Shown one piece after another: positions 25,879 to 38,342 of a stretch of DNA of 64,000 nucleotides. The notes beneath the pieces are model-generated. The model was not told where the DNA came from, did no database searches, and saw only the letters and a list, made by a program, of their open reading frames with translations. This DNA is from Sphyrna mokarran. Its lineage: Eukaryota. How positions within the stretch are numbered: the stretch's first letter is position 1; each line of letters begins with the position of its first letter. The stretch is from positions 130,448,001 through 130,512,000 of the forward strand of contig JAGIQG010000001.1 of assembly GCA_024679065.1 (NCBI GenBank), written 5' to 3'. A program made the translations under genes and the position numbers.

Positions 25879-26482
25879 CCCAGTCGTCTTCCTCTTTGCA
25901 CAGTGGGATTCCAGCCATTGGACAGCTTTTCCTCTGATTATCATTGATTCTTTATGCCATGCTCAATCAAATAGTTGAACCAAGGCTTTAATGAGGACCG
26001 AAGCCAATTGCCCCTGATGTCTATTGTCATTGACTATGAATTGGGAACTAATTTTTTGCACTGCCCCTACCCTCAGTTGAAAAGATAGGTTTGCGTCTAA
26101 TGGAGTTAATATTATTAAAGAAATAGGTGGTATTTATTTGAAATCTGCCTGTTATAATTTCAGTATCTATTATTGAAGGAACCAGTTTTCCAACCATCTA
26201 CTGTGTCAGATGGATCAAATAGTTGTTATACTTAGTACACTTACTGAATGTTAAAATAAAGTTTTGAACATATATAATTAAACAGCTGATATCAGACAGC
26301 TGTTTATGACATCATAAGTCTTGCAGAACAACTTCACCACACGTAAGGCATTCAGCAAAGCTTGTCTGAGCAACAGGTGATATTTTAACAGGAACAAAGT
26401 AATGAATACTAAAACTGGAGAGGTGGAAGTGCAGATCCTGCACATTGAAAATTCATCACATAACTTGGAGGCTCTTTATTAT

Positions 26483-26800
26483 AGAACAAAGAACAAAACA
26501 GCACAGGAAACAGGCCCTTCGGCCCAACGAGCCCGCATTGCCACCCCGATGTTCCCACTTCTACCCGCGACCCCTGTCCATGTTTATAGATCTATGGATT
26601 AAAAACCAAATTTGAGACAATTTAGCGAGAATTTGTTTTGCCAATTAGTCTAAGAGCACATCTTTGGGATGTGGGAGGAAACCGAAGCGCTCGGAGAAAA
26701 CCCATGCAAGCACAGGAAGAATGCGCAAACTCCCACAGAGACAGGCCCAAATCCATGTATCTGCACAGCACAGTGATAGTCACTGAGCTGTCGTGTTGCC
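26483..26800 (-). mobile_element. Structured-head SINE subfamily A, copy lacking the head
   Basis: Colinear with 30889-31214. Similarity stops at ggcaacacgac, the head/tRNA-region boundary. Confidence 0.88.
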
Positions 26801-26919
26801 AATCTGCTGATTTCTGGTTTCAAATAAATCCTGGAAAAATAAGCATTTTACATTGTGGCATATAATCAAGGTTATGTGACACTTGCACTGTGCCTCATAC
26901 CTGATGTTTAAAATAAATT

Positions 26920-27540
26920 TCTCCAAGCAGTTTCTGGCACTGTAGAATAGGCAGTATTTTTATGGAATTTCAGAAGACTCTTGAGGTTCTGTGCAATAAA
27001 TTATCAAACATGAAAATGATTGGTGGAATTGGGGCAATCTTGTGACATAGATTGGTAATTGGGTACAAGGTACACGTCACCTTTCAAGAAGCGGTTCCTC
27101 TACCTCTTTTCTCAGTAAGGATGAACACAATGTTCTCTGGTGACTTGTGACATGGTATATACCACTGATCTCTAGGGGCCTCAGTTTTTCATTATAGACA
27201 TATGTTGGATGAACGAATCAAGAGCTGGGTGCCCAGTTTTAAAGAAGGCATAGTAAATTGGATAGATGAGAGCAGAACATTTAGAGGCATTGGTTGAGTA
27301 AATGAGAAATGGAATGGTAGATGGAGTTCAAATGGGAAATGGAAAGTCATTCATTTTGAATCTCCAAAAGATTAATATGAATATTAATGGTGTGAGAGTA
27401 AGTTATAGAGGAACAAAATAATTAGCTGCCCATATATGCAACTCATTAAAAACATCAGTTCAGAAATGATACTTCAGTTTGACAAAACCTTAGTTAAACC
27501 TCCTCTGGAACAAACATCAGGAAAGATCTACCGGAGAGAA
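26920..27540 (+). mobile_element. Highly degenerate CR1 RT fragment
   Basis: tatggaatttcagaagactcttga (YMDFxKAFD-like), tggtagatggagttcaa and aaaccttagttaaacctcctctggaa. Confidence 0.55.
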
Positions 27541-30169
27541 GTTACAAAGCTATACTCCTTTATCTTTGGATATATGATTTATTAGGTTTCACCTGATTGG
27601 AAATTTTCCAGTTGGAACAGAGACCGAGCAAACTGCTTAAAAATGAAAGGCCGCATTTCAAGATGAAGGTGAGAAATAACATCACCCATGGCAACGTAAA
27701 GACAGAGATTTCCTGCAATCCGGAGACTCATCAAAACTCATAGCTGTCTCAAGAAGAGACATTAAAAATGCACAGTACTGGGCATTGAAACAATGACTGC
27801 CACAGACAGACCTATGCAAAACCTGGTTAAGTTACAGGGTATGTGGATATTTTGATCCATCTGATAGAAAGCAGGTTGGTATTTTGGAAACGAATTTTAT
27901 AACAGATCCTGAAATCATAGCAGGAAGGTTTCAAATAAATAGTGCTTTTTTTGAATAATATCGAACCATCAAACACAAAGATCACAAGTAATACAGGCAG
28001 ACTCTAAAAAGCCTTCAGCAGAGGAAATGAGGTCTTTTGCATTTTGTTTTGAAATAATTGTGTTGCTCAGCTTGAGAAGGCAACTTATAGAAACCTATCA
28101 GTGAACCAAGATGTTGTAATAATTGAGCATATACATGCATGCATCCTTATTACTGCACAAAAGACCAACTGCTTAACATCACATATTTATTATTTTTCTT
28201 TGGTTTAGGGAGGTGCATAGATTTGCTGTTCCTTTAACGCAAGGAAATCTAGTTTGACTCCTTATTGCTCACAGCCTAATTAATTAAATACATTTTGATT
28301 TTGGAAAAGCCCATAATCTCATGAAAAAGAAACTTAAACATTTATTGTGATCATTTGAGAACGTTGAATAGAATTATCCTTTCTCACCTTGTGACAACAG
28401 CATGGATTCAGTGGAATGATACTATCCGTCAAATTATGAGGGCAGGTTGCATGAACATGGTTTGTAATGCTTTGTGTTCACAATGTTGTGGGGTGTCTTC
28501 TTTGATGTCTCCTGAATTGTAGAATGATTCAACATGAAATGTTCAAAAACGTTGTTTTAGTGAGGATATCCAGAAGTGAAATCAGGGATACTTTTTCTCA
28601 GAGGCATGTAAATCTACAGTTCTTCTCTTCAAAAAGCAATGTTGCTTATTCAGTTGAAATTTTCCAAATGGAGGTAGTCTTCTGTAGGATAATGGGATAT
28701 GGAAGAAGGGAGTTACTGTTCAGCCTTGATCAATAATGTCAGAAGATGCTCAAGGGACTGATTAGCTTAGCTCTGTTTCTATGTGCATACAACTGGAACC
28801 TTTTCTGTGCTTATTTGTTAAAGATGTCTGTTGGAAATTAATTCCGTCTTTTGTCTGGGAATCAAATACAACATGAGTGTGATAATGGACCAAGATTCCT
28901 GTGCTTCCGTCTAAAATTAAAACATTGCCATTAAGTGCATTCTCACAGGCTTCCTCAATGGAGCTACTTATCCCATCATGCTTTGGAGAAGTCTTGCTAT
29001 TAGCCATGTGGTTAGAGAATTTTCTATGAGGCTGCTTTGATTAGAGGCTTTTCAATGTCATACCACAGGGATCATGCTGGTGGTGGATAATTGAGCAATT
29101 AATGAGAGGAGCAGGCTTCATGAACATCCTCACCCTCAACAATGGCAGAACCCAGCATGAGGGTGCAAAAGACAAGGCTGTTTCATTTATTAATTTTATG
29201 TATTGCACTGAGTAAGACTAACGGATGGATTACTGCAAGTAACCAAATTGAACCAGCTTTTTACACCTCTCAACAGAGAGAGTAGCAGAAAGGGCAAATC
29301 CTCCAATATACTACACTCCCTCCCGACTTGGAAAAAAAGCTTTCATATTAAATATGAAATAGTGCGTGGATGTAAGTTTTCAGAATACAGTGCAACTAAA
29401 CCAATATTATTAAACCTAATATTTAACAGAGAGAGGATTACATATTGGTTTTTACACTAACCACAGCCAAAGTATATTTGATTGCTATTACTAGAGTAAT
29501 TTAAATGTTTAGAAAAGTTCCTCCTGAAGACCAGAATGTGTTTATGAACAGTGTCATAATGTGACAAATGAAAAGAACATCCTTTTCTTCTTTCCTCCTA
29601 CATACTTTCAATTAACCTATCTGGCCTCTTTTGTTCTCTCAACATTCCTGATTGCATCAAATCTTTGACTCTGACTACCAACTCCACTTCGCATACCATA
29701 CTGTATCATACCATATCGTGCTTTTATACGGATCATCCCTGTGTGTTCTTGTTGGTCTAACAATTTCTCTCTTTAAACCTTGACAGAATAATGACTCGTA
29801 AATCCCAAAGGAGACAGCTTAGATCAGCACTCAGTTCATTTATACATACGAAATATTCATGCAATTTCTCATTGCATTCTTTAGGCCAATCATTCATGAC
29901 ACAATTGAGCACTTACCTGAATACCACATCTTGCAAGTTTCTTCACTAATTTCTCTGGGAGATATTGGCATATCATTATATATGTAAAGTAATTCACAGA
30001 TAACTCACTGGCTAGAAATGGATCAATCTTGACAGGAAATCTCCTAAGAACATTCACATTTGTATGCTGTGCTAACTTACGATATTTAATATCATACTGA
30101 TGGCAAATTTTATCATTTGGTCCTCCTAACTTAAAGACCATTTTGTGCTGTCTTTAACTTCCTCAAGAC

Positions 30170-30480
30170 AGTGGTACTTGTACTGATCAGTACTGTAAAT
30201 AACTCAGCCAAGTTTAACTATATCTTCAGTCAATTACTTTCAATCGGGGACTTTGTTTCCAATACTATCATTGTCGAGCAATGGGATGTATTGTTGTAAT
30301 CCACTTTAAAACTAATTTCAAATAATGAATGCTCATCTTGGAATAACTCATCAGTTTTACACCAGTTTTGCATTAAAAAAAAGTGATGTGGGGTCTTGTA
30401 TTCTGCTTCTGATATAACAGACACCATTGCAGCTGTATCAACAATGAAGGCAAGTTGTCAATCTTTGACTTTCATTCATA
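30170..30480 (-). mobile_element. Decayed Gypsy-type LTR retrotransposon, aspartic protease region
   Basis: Minus strand reads MKVKD*QLAFIVDTAAMVSVISE (FxVDTGAxxSVI motif). After frameshifts it reads TGVKLMSYS and KVDY..IESN*L (GRNWL-like). Confidence 0.6.
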
Positions 30481-30574
30481 CAGTGTCTGCTCAAATTCCA
30501 TTTTGAGCCACATTATTCTCATCTTCCATGTGCTTTTTTTTTGCTCTTTTACTGAGTACAACTCTTGACTTTCC

Positions 30575-31888
30575 TGCCTGATATAGACAGGATGCAAGAC
30601 TGGGCGGAGAAGTGGCAGATGGACTTCAACGCCGATAAATGTGTAGTGGTCCATTTTGGCAGGAATAATGGGATGAAGGATTACAATATAAAGGGTAGGA
30701 GTCCTAGTTGTGTTGTAGAGCAGAAGGATCTCGGGGTCTGTTTTTATCCTACCGGTGCTTTGGTCCACCTTGTTGTCTAACGAGGGCATACACGCGATGG
30801 GTCGTGAGAGGACTGCTCTTGGATCTTTTTCGAGAGTATCCTACTGCTTCACGTTGTTAGTGTATGCTTGACCTGGACCATCTGATGGGCAACACGACAG
30901 CTCAGTGACTATTGCTGTGCTGTGCAGATATGTGGATTTGGGCCTGTGTCTGTGAGAGTTTGCGCATTCTCCCCGTGATTGCGTGGGTTTTCTCCGGGAG
31001 CTCTGGTTTCCTCCCACATCCCAAAGATGTGCTCTTAGGCTAATTGGCAAAACAAATTCTCCCTAAATTGTCTCAAATTTGGTTTTTAATCCATAGATCT
31101 ATAAATATGGACAGGGATCACGGGTAGAGATGGGAACATTGGGGTGGCGGCGCAGGCTCGTTGGGCCGAAGGGCCTGTTTCCCATGCTGTTTTGTTCTTT
31201 GTTCTTTGTTCTTTGTCTGGGTCCATAGGACTCTTAAATCGGCCTCGCAGGTGGAGGAAGTGGTCAAGAAGGCGTACGGTGTACTGGCCTTCATTTATCG
31301 AGGAATAGACTTTGGGAGTCAGGAAGTAATGATGCAGCTCTATAAGACTCTTGTCAGACCCCAGTTGGAGTATTGTGCGCAGTTCTGGTCACCTCATTAT
31401 AGGAAGGATGTAGAGGCTATTGAGAGAGTTCAGAGGAGATTTACAAGGATGCTGCCTGGATTGGGAGGCAGGCCTTATGAAGATAGGTTGAGGGAGCTGG
31501 GACTCTTCTCACTGGAGAGACGTAGGTTGAGAGGCGACCTGATAGAGGTTTATAAAATGTTGAGAGGAATAGATAGGGTGGACTCTCAGAGACTATTTCC
31601 CCGAGCTGAAATGGTCACTACGAGAGGACACAGATTTAAGGTGCAGGGAAGCAAATACAAAGGAGATGTCAGGGTAGGTTTTTCACTCAGAGGGTGGTGA
31701 GTGAATGGAACCGACTGCCGTCGGAGGTTGTTGAGGCAAACTCACTGGGGTCTTTTAAGAGACTTCTGGATGAGTATATGGAAAGGAATAGGATAGGGGG
31801 TTATAGATAGGTCTGTGGATTGTTAGATGTGATCGGCGCAACTCGTGGGCCAAAGGGCCTGTTTGTGCTGTATTGTTCTATGTTCTAT
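30575..31888 (+). mobile_element. Young CR1 3' fragment split by a SINE at 30741-31214
   Basis: Reads DIDRMQDWAEKWQMDFN..QKDLGV, then after the SINE WVHRTLKSASQVEEVVKKAYG..RPQLEYCAQFWSP. (tgttcta)n tail. Confidence 0.93.
30741..31214 (+). mobile_element. Structured-head V-SINE subfamily A, full length, 5-bp target-site duplication GTCTG
   Basis: gtctg at 30736-30740 and 31215-31219. Order: head, decayed tRNA region, V-domain, CR1-type stem-loop, (gttcttt)n tail. Confidence 0.92.
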
Positions 31889-32317
31889 AACATTAAATTC
31901 TGTTTGCATATTTATTATCTGTTCATTCAAACCTGTCAAGATTCCTGAACAAACCTTATATCTATCTCAACTTTGGTAATTGACTGCAACCTGGAGCTTT
32001 GTCTTTTTCACTACTATATGACGGACTTTCCCATAGATTTTTGACTGGAAACAGGAGGATTTAAATAGCTGCTAGCTATTATGACAGCGGCAGCATTTAA
32101 ATTTCTGGCTCTGAGACTGAGTTTGGCTCCTGTGTCCAGAATCTTGCTGAAATTAAGTGGATCATCCCTGATGGCTCAAGGCAATAACACCCTTTATAAA
32201 TTGCAACTCTGGGCTGCATTTTAGAGGGTTGCAAGTGTTTCACTAAGAGCAAGTCAGAGACTACAAATTCTACAGACAGTAACTCAACTTCTGACTCCTA
32301 AAAAAATTTGTTCAATA

Positions 32318-32815
32318 TCTATAAGACAAGGTGTGTAATGGAATACTCTCCATTTGCCTGGGTGAGTGTAGCTCTCAAACAACAAGAAGTTTCACACCAA
32401 CCAGGACAAAGCAGCTTGCTTGATTGACATCCCATCTACAAATATACACTGCTTCCACCACTGCTGCAAAGTGGCAGCAGTGTGTACTATCTACAAGATG
32501 CACTGCAGGAACTCACAAAGACAACACCTTTAAACTTGCAATGTTTATCACCTAGGACAAGGCCAAATGATGAATGGCTATACCATTATTTGGAAAAACT
32601 CCTTGAAGCCACTCATCATTCTGACTTCAAAATAAATTGCTGTTCCTTCTCTATCACTGTGTCAATATCTGAGAACTCCTTCCCTAACAGTACTGTGGAT
32701 GTACCTACAATACGTGGACTGCAGAGGCTCAAGAAAATGGCTCCACACCTTGAGGGCAATTAGAATGGGCAATAGATGCTGACCTAGCCAATAATGCAAA
32801 AAAAAATGCACGTGT
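32318..32815 (+). mobile_element. CR1/L2-superfamily LINE 3' fragment
   Basis: Reads IYK..VMEYSPFAWVSVA, with tail cttgagggcaattagaatgggcaatagatgctg. Confidence 0.7.
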
Positions 32816-33985
32816 AAAATTGAAAAATATTGAAGAGCATGCAAACTGATTCCACATACATTCATTAATAGCCTCTAGGGTCTTCAGTTTCCTCAACAAC
32901 TTTGACCTTTTGCTGTGTCCTCAGAGCTCCTACTCATTGCATTGCTTTTGTAACTACACTTAGCTTGTCCTGCTCAATATTCTAATCACTTTGCGTGGGT
33001 GATTTTGTTTCACTTTCCAACCTTTGCATACTGCTACCTTCATGATCTTCAACCCTTTACACACCCTTTGTATCTCAAACCTTTGCCACCAATTTTGAGG
33101 GAACCCACATTGCCATTTGATCAGCTTGTATATGTGGATTCTCTTGCTTCTCTTTATAGGTGTATTATTTAATTGCTGCTGAACACTTAATTTAAAAATA
33201 TTCTGTGACATCTTCTGGTGTTACTGCTTCCTCCTTGAAGGAAATGTTCAGTTGAAGGAGATACTATAAAAATAAAAAAAAGTCAAAAGTTAATGCATAT
33301 GAATGCTGGAGCTTTGAGACTGTGTTTGTATCAGATCAGTGGATTATATTATTGAAGCTTTATAAATAGAGAATGTTTTTATTGTAAGAGACAAAGCATG
33401 CTTTGATGTGACACAGGGCCAGTTAGTTATTTGCTGAGTCGTCTAGTCTCCAGGTAACAGCATGCTATTATCATAACATATTCATGTGTCCATATTCTTA
33501 TGACAATAAATCAAAAGCAAAGTAAAATCATCTGACACTTAATTCTTGTAGCTTCCTGCTGATTAAAAACTATAAAGCAAAGTTGAACTCATCATAACAG
33601 GAAGTAGGCTACAGGAGTTAACCAACTCCTAAAGTATGCTTTAATATCACACACTTAGCTTTTCTGACTTGATAATATTCCTGAAGGCATGCTGGTAGTC
33701 TTGAAATTTTAAACATTATTCACATGGTTCATTGTCAACAATGTGGTTTCCTAAGTAGTCATAGAGTCAGAGGTTTACATCATAGAAACAGGCTCTTTGA
33801 CCCAACTTGTCCATATCTGCCCAGTTTTTATCAATAAGCTCGTCCCAATTGCTGGCATTTGGCCAATATTCTTCTATACCTATCTTATTTATGTAAACAC
33901 CTTTTAAAAGACAAAATTGTACCTGCCTCGACTACTGCCTTTGGCAGTTTGTTCCAAACACTGACCACCCTCAGTGAAAAAATTG

Positions 33986-34066
33986 CCCCTCTGGACCTTT
34001 AGTGTCTCGCCCCTCTGGACCCTTTAGTGTCTCGCCCCTCTGGACCCTTTAGTGTCTCGCCCCTCT
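33986..34066. repeat. 24-25-bp tandem repeat x3 (gcccctctggacctttagtgtctc) inside CR1
   Basis: Direct reading. Confidence 0.9.
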
Positions 34067-35520
34067 CACCTGAGCCTATGACCTACAGTTTTAGACTCCC
34101 CCACCTTTGGGAAAAAGTGTTAACTGTCTAGCTTATTTATGGCTCTCATTAGTTAATAGACCTCAATAAGAGCCTCTTATGCTCCAGGAGAAAAAGTCCC
34201 AGTCTATCTAGCCTTTCCTTACAACGCAAACCATCAAATCCTCGTAGCATTCAAGTAAATTTTTTCTGCACTCTTTCTAGTTTAATATTATCCTTTCTAT
34301 AATAGAGTGACTAGAACTGTACATAGTATTTCAAGTGTGCCTTACCAATGTGCTGTACAACTTCAGCAAGACATCCCAACTCCTGTATTCAATGTTTGAC
34401 CAATGAAACTCATGAATGTCGCATTCTTTCTTGTTGACCCTGTCCACTTGTGACTCCATATTCAAGGAGCTATGAATCTGTATCTCTAGATATCTTTTTT
34501 TCTATAACGCTCCCCAGTGCCCTACCATTAACTGAGTAAGTCCTGCCCTGCTAAGTCCTGGTTCGATCTACCAAAATGCATCACCTCTCATTTATCTGAA
34601 TTAAACTCCATCTGCCATTTGTCAGCCCACTGGCCCAATTGATCAAGATCCCATTGCAATCCTAGATAACCTTCTTCACTGTCCACTATGCCACCAATCT
34701 TGGTATCATCTGCAAATTTACTAGCCATGCCCCATAACGTCACATTCAAATCATTAATATGAATAACATAACAGTGGACCAGCACCAATCCCTGAGACAT
34801 ACCGCTGGTCACAGGTCTCTGTTTTGAAAAACAACATGCAACCTTAACCTTAAGCAACAACATACCATGTGGTATCTTGTCAAAGGCCTTGCTAAAGTCC
34901 ATGTAGTTAATGTCAATTGCACTGCCCTCATATAACTTCTTGGTTACCCCTTCAAAAAAAACAAGTTGGTCAGACATGATTTTCCATTCACAAAGCCATG
35001 CTGCCTGTCCCAATCAGCATCTCGAAATGCCAGTAGATCTTTTTCTAAGAATACCTTCTAACAACTTACCCATTATGGATGTTACGTTCATTGGTCTGTA
35101 ATTCCCAGGCTATTCCCATGAAACCCTTCTTAAGCAAAGTCACAATATTTGATACCCTTCAATCTTCAGGCACCTCACCTGTGGCTGTCGATCATTCAAA
35201 TATTTCTGCTAGGGGACCTGTAACTTTCTCCCTTGCCTTCCACTGTGTCCTGGAATACATTTCATCCAGTCCCAGTGATTTATCTACCTTGATGCACTTT
35301 AAGACTTCTTGCACCCCTTTCTCTGTTATATGTACACTCCTCAACACATCACTATTCATTTCCCAAGTTCCCTAACACCATGTCTTTCTCAACAGTAAAT
35401 ACCAATCAGAAATATTTATTTAGGATCTCACCCATCTTTTGTGGATCCGCAGATAGATGACCTTGTTGATTCTTAAGAAGTATACTCTCTTCCCAGTTAC
35501 TGTTTTGCCCTTTAAGTATT

Positions 35521-36243
35521 TAGAACATAGAACACTACAGCACAAACAGGCCCTTCGGCCCACAAGTTGTGCCGAACATATCAAAACCTACCCAGCCATA
35601 GACCTATCTATAACCCCCAATCCCATTGGATCCCATATACTCATCCAGAAGTCTTTTAAAAGACCCCAGCGAGTTCGCCTCGACCACCACCGACGGCAGC
35701 CGATTCCATTCACTCACCACCCTCTGAGTGAAAAACTTTCCCCTAGCATCCCCTCTGTACTTGCTTCCCTGCACCTTAAATCTGTGCCCTCTCGTCGCGA
35801 CCATTTCAGCCCTGGGAAATAGTCTCTGAGAGTCCACCCTATCTATTCCTCTCAACATCTTGTAAACCTCTATCAGGTCGCCTCTCAACCTTCGTCTCTC
35901 CAGGGAGAACAGTCCCAGCTCCCTCAACCTGTCTTCATAAGGCATGCCTCCCAATCCAGGCAACATCCTTGTAAATCTCCTCTGCACCCTTTCAATAGCT
36001 TCCACGTCCTTCCTATAGTGAGGCGACCAGAACTGCGCACAGTACTCCAAGTGTGGTCTGACAAGGGTCCTATAAAGCTGCAGCATTACCTCCTGACTCC
36101 TGAACTCAATCCCTCGATGAATGAAGGCCAGTACACTGTAAGCTTTCTTAACCACATCCTCCACCTGGGAGGCTGATTTGAGAGTCTTATGGACCCGGAC
36201 CCCAAGATCCCTCTGCTCTTCCACACAGCTAAGACTCCTACCT
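35521..36243 (-). mobile_element. Young CR1 3' fragment nested in the host CR1 ORF2
   Basis: Open 206-aa ORF2 C-terminus (35604-36224). Same family as 31215-31888. (tgttcta)n tail. Confidence 0.93.
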
Positions 36244-38342
36244 TAGAGACTCTTTGAGATTTGTAGAGACTCTTTGGATTCTCCTTTGCCTTAACTTCCA
36301 AAGAAATCTCATGTCTTCTTTTTGTCCTCTTGATTTCTCTCTCAACTCTACTCTGACAATCTCTATACTCTTCAAGGGATCCACTTGATCTCAACTGCCT
36401 GTTCATGTCATATGCTGCCTCCTTTTTGACAGGGCCTCAATATCATGAGTCATCCTGGGTTCCCTAGTTCTACCAGCCTTGCCCTTTACTCTTAAAGGAA
36501 TGTGCTTATCTTGAACCTTGGTTAACACACTTTTGAAAGTCATTCACTTACCAGACATTCTTTTGCTTGCCAACAGACCCCCCCAATCAACTTTTCAATA
36601 TTCCTATTTAATACTCCAATTTAGAATTTTAACTTTTGGACTAGACCTATCATTCTCCATAGCTAACTTAAAACCGATGGAATTATGGTCACTGATCCTA
36701 AAGTGCTTACTGACATTTCCGTCATTTACCCTTTGTTATTTCCCAAGAGAAGGTTAATTTTTGCCTCCTCTCTAGTCAGGTCATCCACATACTGAATGAG
36801 AAATTCAACAAATTTCTCCCCATCGAAGCCACTAATACTATGGTTGTCCCAGTCAATATTGGGAAAATTTAAGTCCTCTACTATTACCACCTTATTTTGC
36901 TTGCAGCTATCTGCAATCTCCTGATGTATTTGCTCCTCAAATTTCCACTGACTGTTTGGGGGCCTGTCGTACACTCTATCAAAGTGACTTCCTCCATATT
37001 TCTCAGTTCTACCCAAAGAGACTCAGTGGGCGAATCCTTTGATATTCCCCTCTCAGTACTGCTATTATGTTCTCCCTAATCAAAAATGCAACTCCCTCTC
37101 CTCTCTTACCTCCTGTTCTATCTTTCCTATGGCATTTGTACCTTGGCACATTGAGCTGCCAGTCCTGTCCCTCCCTTAGCCATCTTTCAATAATAGCAAT
37201 AATATCCCTGTCCTGTAATGCATCCATGCTCTGAATTCATATCCCTTGCCTATTAGACCTCTTACATTGAGATAAATGTAATTTAATCTCCTTTGCTTTC
37301 AGGCCTTTTTTCTCAGACCAACTGTCCTGTCATGTTTTGTACAATTTTCCTGTGTTTTATTTTTCTTAGCCTTACTAGACTTATTCAATGAGTTGTCCAC
37401 AGGCTATGTATTCTATGCTGTGGCTCTTTTCTATTTTTGATTTTGGTTTCTCTGCTTTCCATTTTCCCTTTATTGCCTTTTGTTTCTGATCCCACTTTAC
37501 TTCGCTCTAACTTCCTGCATCAGTGCCCATCCTCCTGCCACATTAGTTTAAACTCTCCCCAATAGCAAACGAACACTCCACCTAGGACATTGGTGCAGAC
37601 CATTCAATTTGTACTCGTCTGACCTCCCCCAGAACTGATTCCAATGTCCCAGCTATTTGAGTTACTCCCTCTTGCACCATCTCTCAAACCACGAATTCAA
37701 CTTAGCTATCCTGACGTTCCTACTGTGACTAGCACGTGGCACTGGTAGCAATCCTGAGATTACTGTCTTTGACGTCCTACTTTTTATTTGAACTTTGAAT
37801 TCACTGAAGTCAGCTTGTAGGACTCATCCTCTTTTTTATCTATATCAATGGTACCTATGTGCACCACAACAGCTGGCTATTCACCATTCCCCTCCAGAAT
37901 CCTGTGCAGCTACTCTAAGACATCCTTGACCTTGCACTGGGAAGGCAACATACCATCCTGGAGTCTGCAAAAACATCTGTCAATCCCCCTTACAATTGAG
38001 CCTCTTATCACTATAGCTCTGCCACGCTTTTTTCCGCTCTCCTGTGCAACAGGGCCAGTCATGAATCTAGCTACTGCCATCTTGCTCTGGTGAGCCATCT
38101 TTCCCAACAGTATCCAAAGCGATGTACCTGTTTTGAAGGGAAATGTCCACAGGGGACCTCTGAACTGTGTTCCTCTGTCTGGTGATCACCCATTCCCTAT
38201 CTTCCTCAGAAGTTTTTATCTGGAATGTTGTGATCAAGTTACTGAACATGCTATCCATGACTTCCTCAACACTGTGGATGTTCAAACTGAATCCATTTGC
38301 TGAATCCAGAGCTGTCAAGTAATCTAACAGGAGCTGCAGTTG

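Larger units (their letters stand above)
23385..26020 (-). mobile_element. Old CR1/L2-superfamily LINE split by a CR1 (24028-25440) and a SINE tail (25714-25878)
   Basis: Reverse complement matches the + strand family at 32320-32810 (caagtcaggagt..gaatat). The sequence resumes after 25440. Confidence 0.65.

Noticed and set aside
29890-30141. Minus-strand exon ending at cag|gtaagt
   Set aside because: It lies directly downstream of the decayed Gypsy protease and has no recognisable host protein similarity.
30786-30890. HDV/CPEB3-like ribozyme in the SINE head (ttcacgt loop, ggcatac/gtatgct helix, ctgatggg)
   Set aside because: There is a 4-nt gap between P3 and P1, no GG for P1.1, and P2 is not conserved between subfamilies. 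The simple nested stem-loop explains the pairings better.
30876-30910. Hammerhead core in the SINE head (CTGATGG / CTGAAGG)
   Set aside because: A9 is G, and no GAAA strand or stem II is present.
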